DNA of 25,974 bases from a virus (Duplodnaviria; Caudoviricetes): IMG/VR virus record IMGVR_UViG_3300020042_002832, positions 1 through 25,974 of that record; one strand, written 5' to 3'. The notes below the pieces were generated by a model, which was not told the DNA's origin, made no database searches, and worked only from the letters and a program-made list of their open reading frames with translations. The position numbers and the translations under genes are program-made. Position 1 is the stretch's first letter. Each line of letters begins with the position of its first letter. Positions 16,349 through 25,974 of the stretch are shown here, piece by piece.

Positions 16349-16542
16349 ACCTTGTAGCTGAAATAGAGTTACTACCTGAGAACATTAGGTACTCTAAGCA
16401 CAGCTGTGTGGCTTTAGCAAGGATTAGAACAAAGTACGATGGGCTGCAACCTAGGGAGTGCTTCTGTGCATCTGTTAGGAGGAGGATATGGTACAAAGAT
16501 TTTATGATTTGGTATGAAAAAGCTCTTAGACAACTACATTAG
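16327..16542 (+). CDS. Hypothetical protein
   Basis: ATG at 16327 (MFTETEIN...), CFC motif, overlaps neighbours. Confidence 0.6.
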   Translation: MFTETEINLVAEIELLPENIRYSKHSCVALARIRTKYDGLQPRECFCASVRRRIWYKDFMIWYEKALRQLH

Positions 16543-17056
16543 TAGGGCTTACCCTGAAGTGAGAGCTTATACGGCTTACTTTCTATCTAAGATGGGGAGC
16601 TATATAGACGCTGATACAGTCATAAACAACAGTTACCTTCATGTGCTTACTATAATTGATTATAAAGCAGATGAGGACAAAGTAAAGAGCTACCTGCTAA
16701 ACACAATCAAGTATCAAATCCTTTGGAGTACATCAAAAAGCCATAAAGACGATAGAATAACAGCCATCGAGGACAAATCAAACGATAGAATGGAAGATGA
16801 TGAACTAGCAGATAAGATAAGGGAGGACAGAACTTACTCTTTTAACAAGGGATTGATAGAGATATATAGATCAGAGATAGTGGACCAGGTACAAAGGATA
16901 GTATTTGAGGCATACATTGATAAAGGGTACATAACAAGCAGAGCACTGGCTACTTATTTTGGTATTACTCATACCTCAGCTTACTACCTGATCAAAGAAT
17001 TAAAACAAAATCTAAACAAATTGCAATATAGGTATGAAACCGAGTCAGTTTATTAG
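16514..17056 (+). CDS. Phage sigma70/ECF-like factor (putative late-gene sigma)
   Basis: Region-2-like DADTVINNSYLHV...KSYL; region-4-like QRIVFEAY...SRALATYFGITHTSAY HTH; located just before the late genes. Confidence 0.6.
   Translation: MKKLLDNYISRAYPEVRAYTAYFLSKMGSYIDADTVINNSYLHVLTIIDYKADEDKVKSYLLNTIKYQILWSTSKSHKDDRITAIEDKSNDRMEDDELADKIREDRTYSFNKGLIEIYRSEIVDQVQRIVFEAYIDKGYITSRALATYFGITHTSAYYLIKELKQNLNKLQYRYETESVY
17005..17036 (+). promoter_or_regulatory. Putative phage late promoter, copy 3
   Basis: ACA-N16-CAATATAGGTATG ahead of the terminase operon. Confidence 0.6.
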
Positions 17057-17198
17057 TATCTTGTCACTGCTTACAGCTCTGAGCTGTGGACTTGCTTTGT
17101 TTACCCTAGATTATATTTGGGCTAGTAGGGCAGCAGGAATTTGGATAGCATTATATTACACTTTTTTAATTTTATTACAGTATGAAGACAAAAACTGA
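17034..17198 (+). CDS. Small membrane protein (54 aa)
   Basis: Manually translated MKPSQFISILSLL...; two hydrophobic segments; ATG directly after the promoter motif. Confidence 0.6.
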   Translation: MKPSQFISILSLLTALSCGLALFTLDYIWASRAAGIWIALYYTFLILLQYEDKN

Positions 17199-17382
17199 AC
17201 ACCTAGGAAAATATATTACTATGTATAATGGTAATTTTGAGACCAGCTTTACAGTAACAGAAGAGACTGCTAAAGACCACAAGTATTATACATCTAAAGG
17301 ATTGGGTTATCTATTTGAAGAGAGCACTCCTAAGGCAAAGTACACAGGCGTTGAAAACACGAAAAAAGATAAAGATGCCTAG
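17182..17382 (+). CDS. Hypothetical protein
   Basis: 66 aa ORF overlapping both neighbours. Confidence 0.6.
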   Translation: MKTKTEHLGKYITMYNGNFETSFTVTEETAKDHKYYTSKGLGYLFEESTPKAKYTGVENTKKDKDA

Positions 17383-17788
17383 AGTAAAGTTAATAGAGAC
17401 GCCTGAGAAGTTAATGCAAATCTTTGAAGAGTATAAAGCATATTGTGCTGCTAACCCTAGAGTAAAATGGGTGCTATCACAAAAGACAGCAGAGATGGTA
17501 GCAGAACCATTAAGAGTACCTTTGACTAATGAGGGCTTTGAGATATTCTGCTATAATAATTACTCTGATGTACATAACTATTTTGATAATGCTGAGGGTA
17601 GATATTCCGAATACAAGACAGTCTGTTCGCACATAAAGAAAGAGATCCGTAACGATCAAATTACAGGAGGGATGGTAGGACAATTTAACCCATCCATAAC
17701 TCAGAGACTAAATGCACTGAAAGAGCACACAGATGTAACCAGTGGTGATGAGAAGATATCTGCTATAACTGTTACTATAGTTAAGTAG
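17375..17788 (+). CDS. terS: Terminase small subunit (P22 gp3-like)
   Basis: ETPEKLMQIFEEY, PLTNEGF, GGMVGQFNPSITQRLN; upstream of TerL; start 17375 preferred. Confidence 0.8.
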   Translation: MPRVKLIETPEKLMQIFEEYKAYCAANPRVKWVLSQKTAEMVAEPLRVPLTNEGFEIFCYNNYSDVHNYFDNAEGRYSEYKTVCSHIKKEIRNDQITGGMVGQFNPSITQRLNALKEHTDVTSGDEKISAITVTIVK

Positions 17789-17839
17789 TAATAATAATAA
17801 CAATAACTATATAGTATCTAACTAGGTACTAGCTTTGCT

Positions 17840-18988
17840 ATGGATATAAAAGCGACTGCCATATTTGAAAAGAACTATGAGGCCATCTTAAGTGATAAGA
17901 GGTTTATCATTAATGAGGGTGGTTCCAGGAGCTCTAAGACCTACAGCCTGTGCCAGCTCATGATTATCTACTGCCTGCAGAATAACAATAAGGTGGTGAG
18001 CGTAATTAGAAAGACCTTCCCTGCCCTACGTGCTACAGTGCTTAGGGACTTCATAGAGATACTTAAGGATATAGGGCTGTATAAGCAGGAGAGCCACAAT
18101 AAGAGTGAGCACATCTATACCTTTGGTAATGGTAGCATGGTGGAGTTTTTTAGTGTAGATGATGAGCAGAAGATAAGGGGTAGGAAGAGAGATATAGCCT
18201 GGTGCAATGAAGCTAATGAGCTGTACTTTGATGACTTCACTCAGCTTAACATGAGAACAGAAGATAAGCTAATCTTTGACTACAACCCATCTGATAGTGT
18301 ATCGTGGCTATATGAGCTCCCTGCTAATGAGAGCACCCTGATAAAGTCTACCTACAAAGATAACCCATTCCTACCTGATAGCATCAAGGCACAGATCGAG
18401 GATCTAGCTAGAACAGATGAGGCACTGTATCAGATCTATGCCCTAGGTGAGAAGGCAACAAGCAAGAGTAACATATACAGCAACTGGTCCTTTGTGGCAC
18501 ATAGGCCTGCTAGGTTTGTCAAGTATGTATATGGCTTAGACTTTGGTTACAACCACCCCACAGCTTTGATGAGGGTGTACTACTGTGATAATGATATCTA
18601 CATAGAGCCTGTGATATATGAGAGCTACCTCACCACTACTATGCTCATAGAGAAGTTAGGCACCCTAGGGATAGAGCAGACTGTTACCATCCTAGCAGAT
18701 TACTCACGTCCAGAAATCATACAAGAAATGAACATAGCAGGGTATGATGTTCAGAATGCGAACAAGGTGGTGAAGAAAGGCATAGACAACCTTAAGACCT
18801 TTGGGGTAATATGTCAAGATGATAAGGCAGTGAAGAGGGAGTATGAGAATTACAAATGGAAGAAGATAGGAGATTTTATAACTGACGAACCAGTCAAGCT
18901 ATTCGATGATGCTATGGATGCAATCAGGTATGCCACTACTCACATAAGGCAGGAGTATTACACTGATGATAGTTACTATGCATTCTGA
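17840..18988 (+). CDS. terL: Terminase large subunit (PBSX/Terminase_3 family)
   Basis: GGSRSSKT Walker A, WCNEANE Walker B, DYNP, STYKDNPFL, GLDFGY, DAMDAIRYA. Confidence 0.95.
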   Translation: MDIKATAIFEKNYEAILSDKRFIINEGGSRSSKTYSLCQLMIIYCLQNNNKVVSVIRKTFPALRATVLRDFIEILKDIGLYKQESHNKSEHIYTFGNGSMVEFFSVDDEQKIRGRKRDIAWCNEANELYFDDFTQLNMRTEDKLIFDYNPSDSVSWLYELPANESTLIKSTYKDNPFLPDSIKAQIEDLARTDEALYQIYALGEKATSKSNIYSNWSFVAHRPARFVKYVYGLDFGYNHPTALMRVYYCDNDIYIEPVIYESYLTTTMLIEKLGTLGIEQTVTILADYSRPEIIQEMNIAGYDVQNANKVVKKGIDNLKTFGVICQDDKAVKREYENYKWKKIGDFITDEPVKLFDDAMDAIRYATTHIRQEYYTDDSYYAF

Positions 18989-19178
18989 TACGCTACATAA
19001 GATACAAGTGGTGCAGGCCTACATCCACCATAAGACAGGCAAGCATGTGAGGATAGTATTCAACAACCCTATGAGGATGCAACAACATTTGGCCATGTTA
19101 GATCATGCCTACCTCATAGCAATGGGTGGCTTTAAAAACAATAATAGTAATGACACTAATATAGGTAAAGACAAGTAA
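18978..19178 (+). CDS. Hypothetical protein
   Basis: Short ORF between TerL and the tail gene (alternative start 18966). Confidence 0.55.
   Translation: MHSDTLHKIQVVQAYIHHKTGKHVRIVFNNPMRMQQHLAMLDHAYLIAMGGFKNNNSNDTNIGKDK
19138..19167 (+). promoter_or_regulatory. Putative phage late promoter, copy 4
   Basis: ACA-N16-TAATATAGGTA, 10 nt before the ATG at 19178. Confidence 0.65.
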
Positions 19179-20656
19179 TGGCATTAGTAGCACAAGCAAC
19201 CCCACAAGTAATAGTTCCTGCATATAACCCTGTTAAGTATATCTACAGCAGTAGCAATGTAAACCTGCAGGGCTTCAAGTTTATCTATGATATCTATCAG
19301 AGTGGTACCCTAAATAAGATAGCAGAGTACCGGGTGCTGCCAACTTATGCTACTGGCTTTGGTGAGATAGATTTAAGCAAGCTTTTACAAGCTAAGGTAA
19401 GCTATGACCTGAACTTAAATAACACCTCAGTATATAATGCACCTGGATCCCATTACAAATATGATGTAAGGATAGGGGAGGAGTACCTCACTACCACTTT
19501 GTACACTGCAGCACTCACTCAATGGGTAACAGCTCCCTATAATGGTAGAGTGAGAATAAACGTAGCTAACACATTTATAGTAGGTGATCAGATTAACATC
19601 ACTCAGAACTTACCTGGTCCTACAGCCAACCCAAACTTAGAAGGGCTCTTCACTGTGTTAGTAGCTAACCCTGCTTATATCGTAGTAAACAGCTTATGGT
19701 CATTGGTAACCAATACAGGTACAGGAGGAGCCATCACCTATGCAGATGGGAGAAAGACAGTTGTACGTAACCTAGCCCAACAGCTTAACAGATACGTGTT
19801 TAATGGTGCTATCAATTGGGCTGAGTGGCCAAGCTATAACTATCAGGATTTTATGCTGAATGGCATTACTGATAGGTTCCTGACTAACTACCCTGCAGGT
19901 AACAAGAATATGTATGCTACCCTATCGCAGGATATGTGGGTGAACTGCATAGCTAATGGATCCCCAACGGCACCAGATACCATGGTATTCAGTAATGATG
20001 GTGGTAACATCTTTGAAAAGAACGTAACAGCTGCAGACCATCTTAGTGGTGTATCAGTAGGGCCTAATAATTTTGGGGTGCTTACCCTGGTCTTTGGTTC
20101 AGGTAACTTGATAGAGCCTACCACTGAGTACTATGACTTCCACTATGAACGTAATGGAGTGATGAGCTCAGCAAGGTACAGGGTAACACTAGATAGAAGG
20201 ATACGCACCACTGAGTACAGCATCTTATTCCTAGACAAGCTAGGTTCATGGAACAGCTTTGCCTTTAGCCTTAACAGCTATGAGAAAGGTAACGTAACAC
20301 GTGAGCAGTTTAATCAGGATGTGCCTGGCTTTATCAATGGCAGTAACCACTGGGACTATGCCCTCACTGAGAGAGGTATGACAAACACCTATGTAAGCAC
20401 TGACACTACCATAGATCTAGCTACCAACTTCATGACTATGGATATGGCTAACTACTTTACTGAGCTCATCAGCTCACCGTTCACATATGTTAAGCTAAGC
20501 TCTTATGCAAATGACTGTGATGTGCCTGAGAGTGAGGAGTACATCAGCTGTAATATCATGACTAGTGACTACCAGGTGTATAACCAACGCAACAAGAATT
20601 TAATTAAGCAAAATGTAACTATTAAGCTAGCTAATAACAATATCGTAAATGGTTAA
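19178..20656 (+). CDS. Tail/baseplate structural protein
   Basis: 492 aa beta-rich; FLDKLGSWNSFAF and ELISSP motifs; first gene of the tail operon. Confidence 0.6.
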   Translation: MALVAQATPQVIVPAYNPVKYIYSSSNVNLQGFKFIYDIYQSGTLNKIAEYRVLPTYATGFGEIDLSKLLQAKVSYDLNLNNTSVYNAPGSHYKYDVRIGEEYLTTTLYTAALTQWVTAPYNGRVRINVANTFIVGDQINITQNLPGPTANPNLEGLFTVLVANPAYIVVNSLWSLVTNTGTGGAITYADGRKTVVRNLAQQLNRYVFNGAINWAEWPSYNYQDFMLNGITDRFLTNYPAGNKNMYATLSQDMWVNCIANGSPTAPDTMVFSNDGGNIFEKNVTAADHLSGVSVGPNNFGVLTLVFGSGNLIEPTTEYYDFHYERNGVMSSARYRVTLDRRIRTTEYSILFLDKLGSWNSFAFSLNSYEKGNVTREQFNQDVPGFINGSNHWDYALTERGMTNTYVSTDTTIDLATNFMTMDMANYFTELISSPFTYVKLSSYANDCDVPESEEYISCNIMTSDYQVYNQRNKNLIKQNVTIKLANNNIVNG

Positions 20657-23525
20657 GATACAACTTGCAACAGGCTTCCTAGATGTTAAAGAGGGCACTG
20701 CCTTCCCTTTGAATTTTCAGGTAGGAGATATTAGAGATATATCAAAGAGACAGGGTAACTTCTCTAAGACCATTACACTCACTGGCAGTAAGAATAATAA
20801 CAACTTGCTTAACCACTACTACGATGTAAATATAGTGGAGGGCACCTTCAACATTAATGCTCTTACTACTTGCTCAGTTATTCAGGATGGCCTACCAATA
20901 ATGGAGGACTGCTCAATGCAATTAACAGGGGTGGTAAAGACTCAGGTAACAGATGGCTACGAGGAGCAGGTAACCTATGAGGTATTGGTTAAGGATAGCA
21001 AAGCAGATTTTTTTACAGCCATTGCTAATAAGGAACTAACTGATATAGACTTCAGCGACTTTAACCACCCCTATGATGCATTCAATGTAGTCGCTAGGTT
21101 CCCTAATACAGTGGTTAATGGTTTTAAGTATTTCTTACCGGGTAGTGGTGATGCTATCTATAACACTCAAGAGTTTAAGCCTGCTATATTTGCTAAGACT
21201 TACTTTGATAGAATATTTGAGGATGCTGGCTTTACCTACACTTGGCCTACAATGTCTTATGATAGATTTGAAAAGCTGCTCATACCTTACAACGGGGGTA
21301 CTGATAACTTTGATTATAATGACTACCTAGTTAAAGCAGAAAAGACAGCGCCAACTACTATCAATGGGGCTAATAACTGGGCAGGCTTTTCTAACATAGC
21401 ACAAATAGCTCTTAGCCAATCTGCTGCCACTAAGATTAACATAACAACATGGACTGAGCTAGAGGATCCACAGAATATCTTTAACCCTGTAACAGGTGTA
21501 TACTCTACACCATTTATCATAAGCTCAGCTAATGCTCAAAGCTATGACTACAGCGTTACTATGACTTACACTTTAAACCTGGTGAATACATCAGGAGGTG
21601 TATTGTATGGTAGCGCTCCCGGTGGTGTAGCAGGTAATGTATATTACAAACCGGCTATAGGAGTAAGTGCAGGACAACCTATTATCTTTAGTAATCTTTA
21701 TACTAATACATCACCTACTGCTACATTGTTAGGTGTTCAAAATGGTATTCAATGTCCTTTAACTATACCTAATGGTACTACTACTTTATTAACCCAAACA
21801 GTACAGACTACCATACCACTTAGTTACCCTTTACTTAATAACTTAACGGCAGCAACAATAGGATTAAATGTAAGCCAACAAACTGTTGTTATAGGTAACC
21901 AACCATCTGTAAGAAGTTGGAGAAAAACTTCCCCATCCGGAGTAGCTCCGGCTTCAGGTCAAATCATTATACAGGCTGTTATATCTAACATACAAATTAG
22001 CATTGTTCCTAGTAGCACAGTATATGCTATAGGTGGTACAATAGATGTAAATGATTACGTGCCTAAAAAGATAAAGCAGAGTGATTTCATTAAGGGTATC
22101 TTTAACATGTACAACATCTACGCTCAAGTAGATAGCACCCAACCCAACAAGCTATTGCTACAGAATAGGGATGATTTCTACGATAGTGGTGCTGAGGTGG
22201 ACTGGACTGCTAAGTTAGCAAAGGACCAAGAGCAAAACTTATCTTTTCTCCCGGAGCTTACCTCTAAGAAAATAATACTTACATACGCTGCAGATAAGGA
22301 TAACCCTAACACTACTTATACAAACGCTACTAATAACATCTATGGCCAAGCTGAGGTTATCTTTGATAATGAGTATGTGAAAGAGGTAACTACCAAGGCC
22401 GTATTGTTTAGCCCCACTCCTGTGATTAAAACTATCTTTGGTGCCTATGTACCTATGCTAGCAGGCTCAGCTCCTGAGACAAACATAAGGATACTATATG
22501 ATAAGACTACAGTAGGACAGCCACTAGCTACCTGTGGACAGTTTTACATATATGACTACTTATCTGTAGGGCAAATTAACTTAACTAGCTATCCACTAGT
22601 AGGCCACTTTGATGATCCACTAACTCCTACCTTTGATATTAATTTCGCCATCTGTGATTACTACTATTACCAACCTACTAGCCTAACAGAGAATAACCTG
22701 TACAACAGATACTGGAGGAGGACAATGGGGCAGATTAATAATGGTAAGATGCTCACTGCTATGTTTAATCTTAAGGAGCCTGACATCCAGGCAATGAAAT
22801 TAAATGATAAGATTAGGATAGATAATTCATGGTGGAATATCAATAAGGTAATTGACTACGATGCCAATGCTAACAAGCTCACAAAGGTGGAGCTCATCAG
22901 TATTGATAGTGAGATTAACTTTACTCCGTTCATGGGACCTAGTGGTCCTAACATACCTAACCCTCCTGCAGGAATAGGTCCTATACAAATGTTAGCAATG
23001 AGTAGTATTAACACTACTAGAATGACTACCTCTAATGTATTCTCTAATCAGGCAACAGCAACTGTTATGGGTAGGGGTAATGTGATAGTTGGTGGAACTA
23101 GATCAGTGATAGCAGGAGATGATCGTATCATCAGTGAGACTACTCTAGCAGGTGATCACTTAGTGGTTAATAGTTTAAATGGAGTACCTACAGGCACAGT
23201 GCCATTAATCTACATAGCCAACTTAACACAGGCAGGAATAACAGATCCTATAGTGCAGGTTAAAAATGATAGCTTAGGTGGAGTAACCTGGACTAGAACA
23301 GGAGTAGGTACATATGAGGGATACTTAGATGCTTACGAGCCTTCACTTATCTCTAGTACTAATGTCCCTACGATAATGATAAGCAATGTTAATTTTGACG
23401 GAGTTATTTCTGCTCAATATTCAACAAGCTCAAATACAGTATCAGTTACCACCACTCAAATAGGGGTAGGCTTTGTAGATGGATACTTAGACGGAACAAC
23501 AATAGAAATTAAATATTACACATAG
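20649..23525 (+). CDS. Large tail tip/hub protein with probable receptor-binding regions
   Basis: 958 aa; DIRDISKR..FSKTITL.G..NN, DFIKGIFNMYNI, DWTAKL; Thr/Ser/Gly-rich insertion; C-terminal WTRTGVGTY. Confidence 0.65.
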   Translation: MVKIQLATGFLDVKEGTAFPLNFQVGDIRDISKRQGNFSKTITLTGSKNNNNLLNHYYDVNIVEGTFNINALTTCSVIQDGLPIMEDCSMQLTGVVKTQVTDGYEEQVTYEVLVKDSKADFFTAIANKELTDIDFSDFNHPYDAFNVVARFPNTVVNGFKYFLPGSGDAIYNTQEFKPAIFAKTYFDRIFEDAGFTYTWPTMSYDRFEKLLIPYNGGTDNFDYNDYLVKAEKTAPTTINGANNWAGFSNIAQIALSQSAATKINITTWTELEDPQNIFNPVTGVYSTPFIISSANAQSYDYSVTMTYTLNLVNTSGGVLYGSAPGGVAGNVYYKPAIGVSAGQPIIFSNLYTNTSPTATLLGVQNGIQCPLTIPNGTTTLLTQTVQTTIPLSYPLLNNLTAATIGLNVSQQTVVIGNQPSVRSWRKTSPSGVAPASGQIIIQAVISNIQISIVPSSTVYAIGGTIDVNDYVPKKIKQSDFIKGIFNMYNIYAQVDSTQPNKLLLQNRDDFYDSGAEVDWTAKLAKDQEQNLSFLPELTSKKIILTYAADKDNPNTTYTNATNNIYGQAEVIFDNEYVKEVTTKAVLFSPTPVIKTIFGAYVPMLAGSAPETNIRILYDKTTVGQPLATCGQFYIYDYLSVGQINLTSYPLVGHFDDPLTPTFDINFAICDYYYYQPTSLTENNLYNRYWRRTMGQINNGKMLTAMFNLKEPDIQAMKLNDKIRIDNSWWNINKVIDYDANANKLTKVELISIDSEINFTPFMGPSGPNIPNPPAGIGPIQMLAMSSINTTRMTTSNVFSNQATATVMGRGNVIVGGTRSVIAGDDRIISETTLAGDHLVVNSLNGVPTGTVPLIYIANLTQAGITDPIVQVKNDSLGGVTWTRTGVGTYEGYLDAYEPSLISSTNVPTIMISNVNFDGVISAQYSTSSNTVSVTTTQIGVGFVDGYLDGTTIEIKYYT

Positions 23526-25889
23526 ATGAACGAAGTAGAAATACCATTAAAGGTCTCGGGAATAGGAGCTATAAAAGCTGAATTAAAAGCATTAAAAGGT
23601 GAGATAGCAAACGCTACAGACCCGGCAGATATTGCTAGGTTATCTCAGGCAGCAGGTCAGTTATCAGATCAGATAAAGGATGCTAATGAGGCTGTTGCCG
23701 TCTTTGCTACAGGATCTAAATTTGAGCAGGTTAGTAATGGCTTAGGTGGTATCAAAGAAAGTTTGATGAGCCTTGACTTTGAAGAGGCAGCTGCTAAGTC
23801 TAAGACTTTTGCTACAGCTTTGGGTAGTGTGAACCCTAAAGAGTTAGCTGCAGGAATGGGTAACCTTACTAAGACAATCACTACTATGGGTGGTGCCTTC
23901 ATGAAGTTAGGAGCTCAGATATTAATGAACCCTATCTTTTTATTGGTAGCTGTTATCGTGGCTATTGTGGCTGCAGTAGCTTTAGTGTTAAATAAATTTG
24001 GATTATTAAAAGGGGTAATAGATGCTTTAATGATGCCTGTTAATGCTTTGATAGCTGGCTTTGAGATGCTAACAGATTGGATGGGGCTTACTGATCATGC
24101 AGGTGAAGAGAGAGCTCAAAATGAAATGGCTAGGATGGATAGAGAGGCAGCCGCAAGTGAGAAGAGAATGCAGAGATTAGATGCTGCTAACAAGTCTGAG
24201 ATGGGTGACTATGATAGGAAAATTGCTTTAGCTAAAGCTGAGGGCAAGAGTACTGTTGAGTTACAAAAGGCTAAGGTAAGATCTTCCATTGCATATCAGA
24301 CAGCAGTAATAGCAGAGAATAGATTAAAACTACAGACCATCTATCTTAACCTTCAGGAGCTACAAACATTAAACATAGATGATGCTGAAAAAAAGAAGAG
24401 ACAAACAGAAGGCAACAAAGCAATGGCAGAAGCTAGGGCTCTTATCACATCTATGGGTGAGGCTAGAAAGAACAGCTTTAATGAGCTTAAGCTAATAGAC
24501 CTTGCAGAAATAAATGCACAAAAAGCAAAAGTATCAGAAGGTAAAAAAGGTACAGGTGCTAACAAAAATAATCTTAAAGAGCAACTAGATGACCTCAAAG
24601 CATTCAATGCAGATAAAGAAAAGCTAGAAGCTATGACTATTCAAAGTACACTTAACCTTATGGCTAGTGGTATGGAGAAAGAGAAAGCTGTAAGAGAGCA
24701 GGCCTTTGTAGACTACCAAAAAACTTTCATAGATGAGAGATTAAAGAAAGAGATAGAGGGATTAGATAAACAATTCTTAGCTAAGAAATTAACTGAGGAT
24801 CAGTACAACGCTAAACTAGCTGAGCTAAGATTAACAGCTACCACTAAACTATCTGCAGAGGAATTACTTATCTTAAAAAATGCAGAGGAATTAAAAGATA
24901 AAGAACTAAAAGCTATTAAAGATACCTATGCTCAGAACTTAATCAATGGGGATGCTATGATTGCAGACGCTAAATTTAATGCTATGGCTGAAGGCTTTGA
25001 GAAAGAACAGTTAGCACAGGCTGCACAATATGAAAAACTAAGAGCAGATGCACTGGCTAATACTACCCTAACAGAAGAGCAGAAAAAATCATTGATAGCT
25101 ATATATAATGAGCAGGAGAAAGCACAGATAGCTACTCAGTTAGCTGAAAAGAAAAAGACTCAAGAGGATCTATTGCTTACCCTACAAGATGAGGCAACTC
25201 AAAAGAGGGAAGCAGAGCAAGCTCAATTTGCATTAGATGTAGAGGCTGCTAATGGTAACTATGAGACACTAGAGCTACTTAAAAAAGCACATGAGGATAA
25301 GCTATTAAATATAGAAACTGAGGCTAATAATGCTAAGGTAGCAGAAGCAGCTAAAGAAAGGGACGCAAAGCTATCACTAGCTAAGGATACAGTAGATGGG
25401 CTTACCAACTTAGGAGGCATGCTCATTAAGGACCAAAAGAAACTAGAGAAATTTAACAAGGCTAGTGCATTGATACAAATAGGCATAGATACTGCTAAGG
25501 CTATCTCAGCTTTGGTGGCAGCTGCTAATACTAACCCATTGAATGGAGTCACTGCAGGTGCTGCAGGTATAGCACAATTCGCTAGTGGTATTATACAGAT
25601 AGCTACCAATGTTGCTAAGGCTAAGCAGATACTATCATCACCAGGTACAACCCCTAGCACTGGTGGTGGTGGAGGTGATGCTGGTGGTGGAGGTGGAGGA
25701 ACTGCTGCAGCCACAGCTTTACCACAGGCAGCTCAATTATTTGGCAGTGCTAACACAGGTGGCACCATGAGTGCAGGAGGTAGCTCTAGTGAGTCAGGCA
25801 ATATGACTGTAACAGCTGTAGTATCTGAGACTCAAGTAACATCTACTCAACAGAAAATAAACCGTATAAATAAATCAGCAGAACTATGA
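23526..25889 (+). CDS. Tail tape measure protein
   Basis: 787 aa Ala/Lys/Glu-rich coiled coil, NPIFLLVAVIVAIVAAV hydrophobic segment, Gly-rich C-terminus. Confidence 0.8.
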   Translation: MNEVEIPLKVSGIGAIKAELKALKGEIANATDPADIARLSQAAGQLSDQIKDANEAVAVFATGSKFEQVSNGLGGIKESLMSLDFEEAAAKSKTFATALGSVNPKELAAGMGNLTKTITTMGGAFMKLGAQILMNPIFLLVAVIVAIVAAVALVLNKFGLLKGVIDALMMPVNALIAGFEMLTDWMGLTDHAGEERAQNEMARMDREAAASEKRMQRLDAANKSEMGDYDRKIALAKAEGKSTVELQKAKVRSSIAYQTAVIAENRLKLQTIYLNLQELQTLNIDDAEKKKRQTEGNKAMAEARALITSMGEARKNSFNELKLIDLAEINAQKAKVSEGKKGTGANKNNLKEQLDDLKAFNADKEKLEAMTIQSTLNLMASGMEKEKAVREQAFVDYQKTFIDERLKKEIEGLDKQFLAKKLTEDQYNAKLAELRLTATTKLSAEELLILKNAEELKDKELKAIKDTYAQNLINGDAMIADAKFNAMAEGFEKEQLAQAAQYEKLRADALANTTLTEEQKKSLIAIYNEQEKAQIATQLAEKKKTQEDLLLTLQDEATQKREAEQAQFALDVEAANGNYETLELLKKAHEDKLLNIETEANNAKVAEAAKERDAKLSLAKDTVDGLTNLGGMLIKDQKKLEKFNKASALIQIGIDTAKAISALVAAANTNPLNGVTAGAAGIAQFASGIIQIATNVAKAKQILSSPGTTPSTGGGGGDAGGGGGGTAAATALPQAAQLFGSANTGGTMSAGGSSSESGNMTVTAVVSETQVTSTQQKINRINKSAEL

Positions 25890-25974
25890 ACAGTCTACAA
25901 GCCATAACAAACCACATCATTGCTTTTTACACAGCTCACAAACAAGTATTCAAAGTAGGCAGTGACTTTAAAGA
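25886..25974 (+). CDS. 5' part of next structural gene (MNSLQAITNHII...), truncated
   Basis: ATGA overlap with the tape measure stop; open to the window end. Confidence 0.6.
   Translation, partial: MNSLQAITNHIIAFYTAHKQVFKVGSDFK

Noticed and set aside
17786-17835. AAT repeats and short palindrome ACTATATAGT between terS and terL as a pac/cos site
   Set aside because: Low-complexity AT-rich sequence; nothing distinguishes it from chance without read-terminus data
25660-25700. GGT/GGA trinucleotide repeats
   Set aside because: Encode the Gly-rich linker of the tape measure protein
116-25714. Minus-strand and alternate-frame ORFs from the track (e.g. 116-385, 4060-4266, 12316-12699, 14806-15084, 25259-25714, 2126-2314, 21118-21330)
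   Set aside because: Shadows of well-supported + strand genes with no recognisable motifs
1-25974. Stop-codon recoding, diversity-generating retroelement, CRISPR array, tRNA, integrase or introns
   Set aside because: Genes are intact and tightly packed in the standard code with TAA, TAG and TGA all used as stops; no reverse transcriptase, repeat-spacer array, cloverleaf, recombinase or split gene was seen

Overview
Most of the genome of a small tailed dsDNA phage (siphovirus-like), probably infecting Bacteroidota/Flavobacteria. The host inference rests on TAnnTTTG promoters, A-rich leaders without Shine-Dalgarno sequences and a DUF3127-type SSB. Almost all genes are on the + strand. Order: head/tail-tube/portal genes (0.1-5 kb), lysis cassette plus metallophosphoesterase (5-7.4 kb), small early genes (7.6-9 kb), a four-gene nucleotide-modification/nuclease cassette (9.1-10.7 kb), lambda-like replication and recombination genes (10.7-16.1 kb), a phage sigma factor, terminase and tail genes including tape measure (16.5-26 kb). 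No integrase, CI-type repressor, DNA polymerase, tRNA or CRISPR array is visible. Highlights: (1) a T4 gp42-like cytosine-specific thymidylate-synthase homologue with MazG, DUF6378-like and PD-(D/E)XK genes; (2) a candidate ~75-nt sRNA whose terminator loop is antisense to the start regions of two early operons; (3) a kissing-loop/terminator leader RNA; (4) a four-copy bipartite late promoter; (5) a unimolecular spanin. All family calls come from motif recognition, not database searches.
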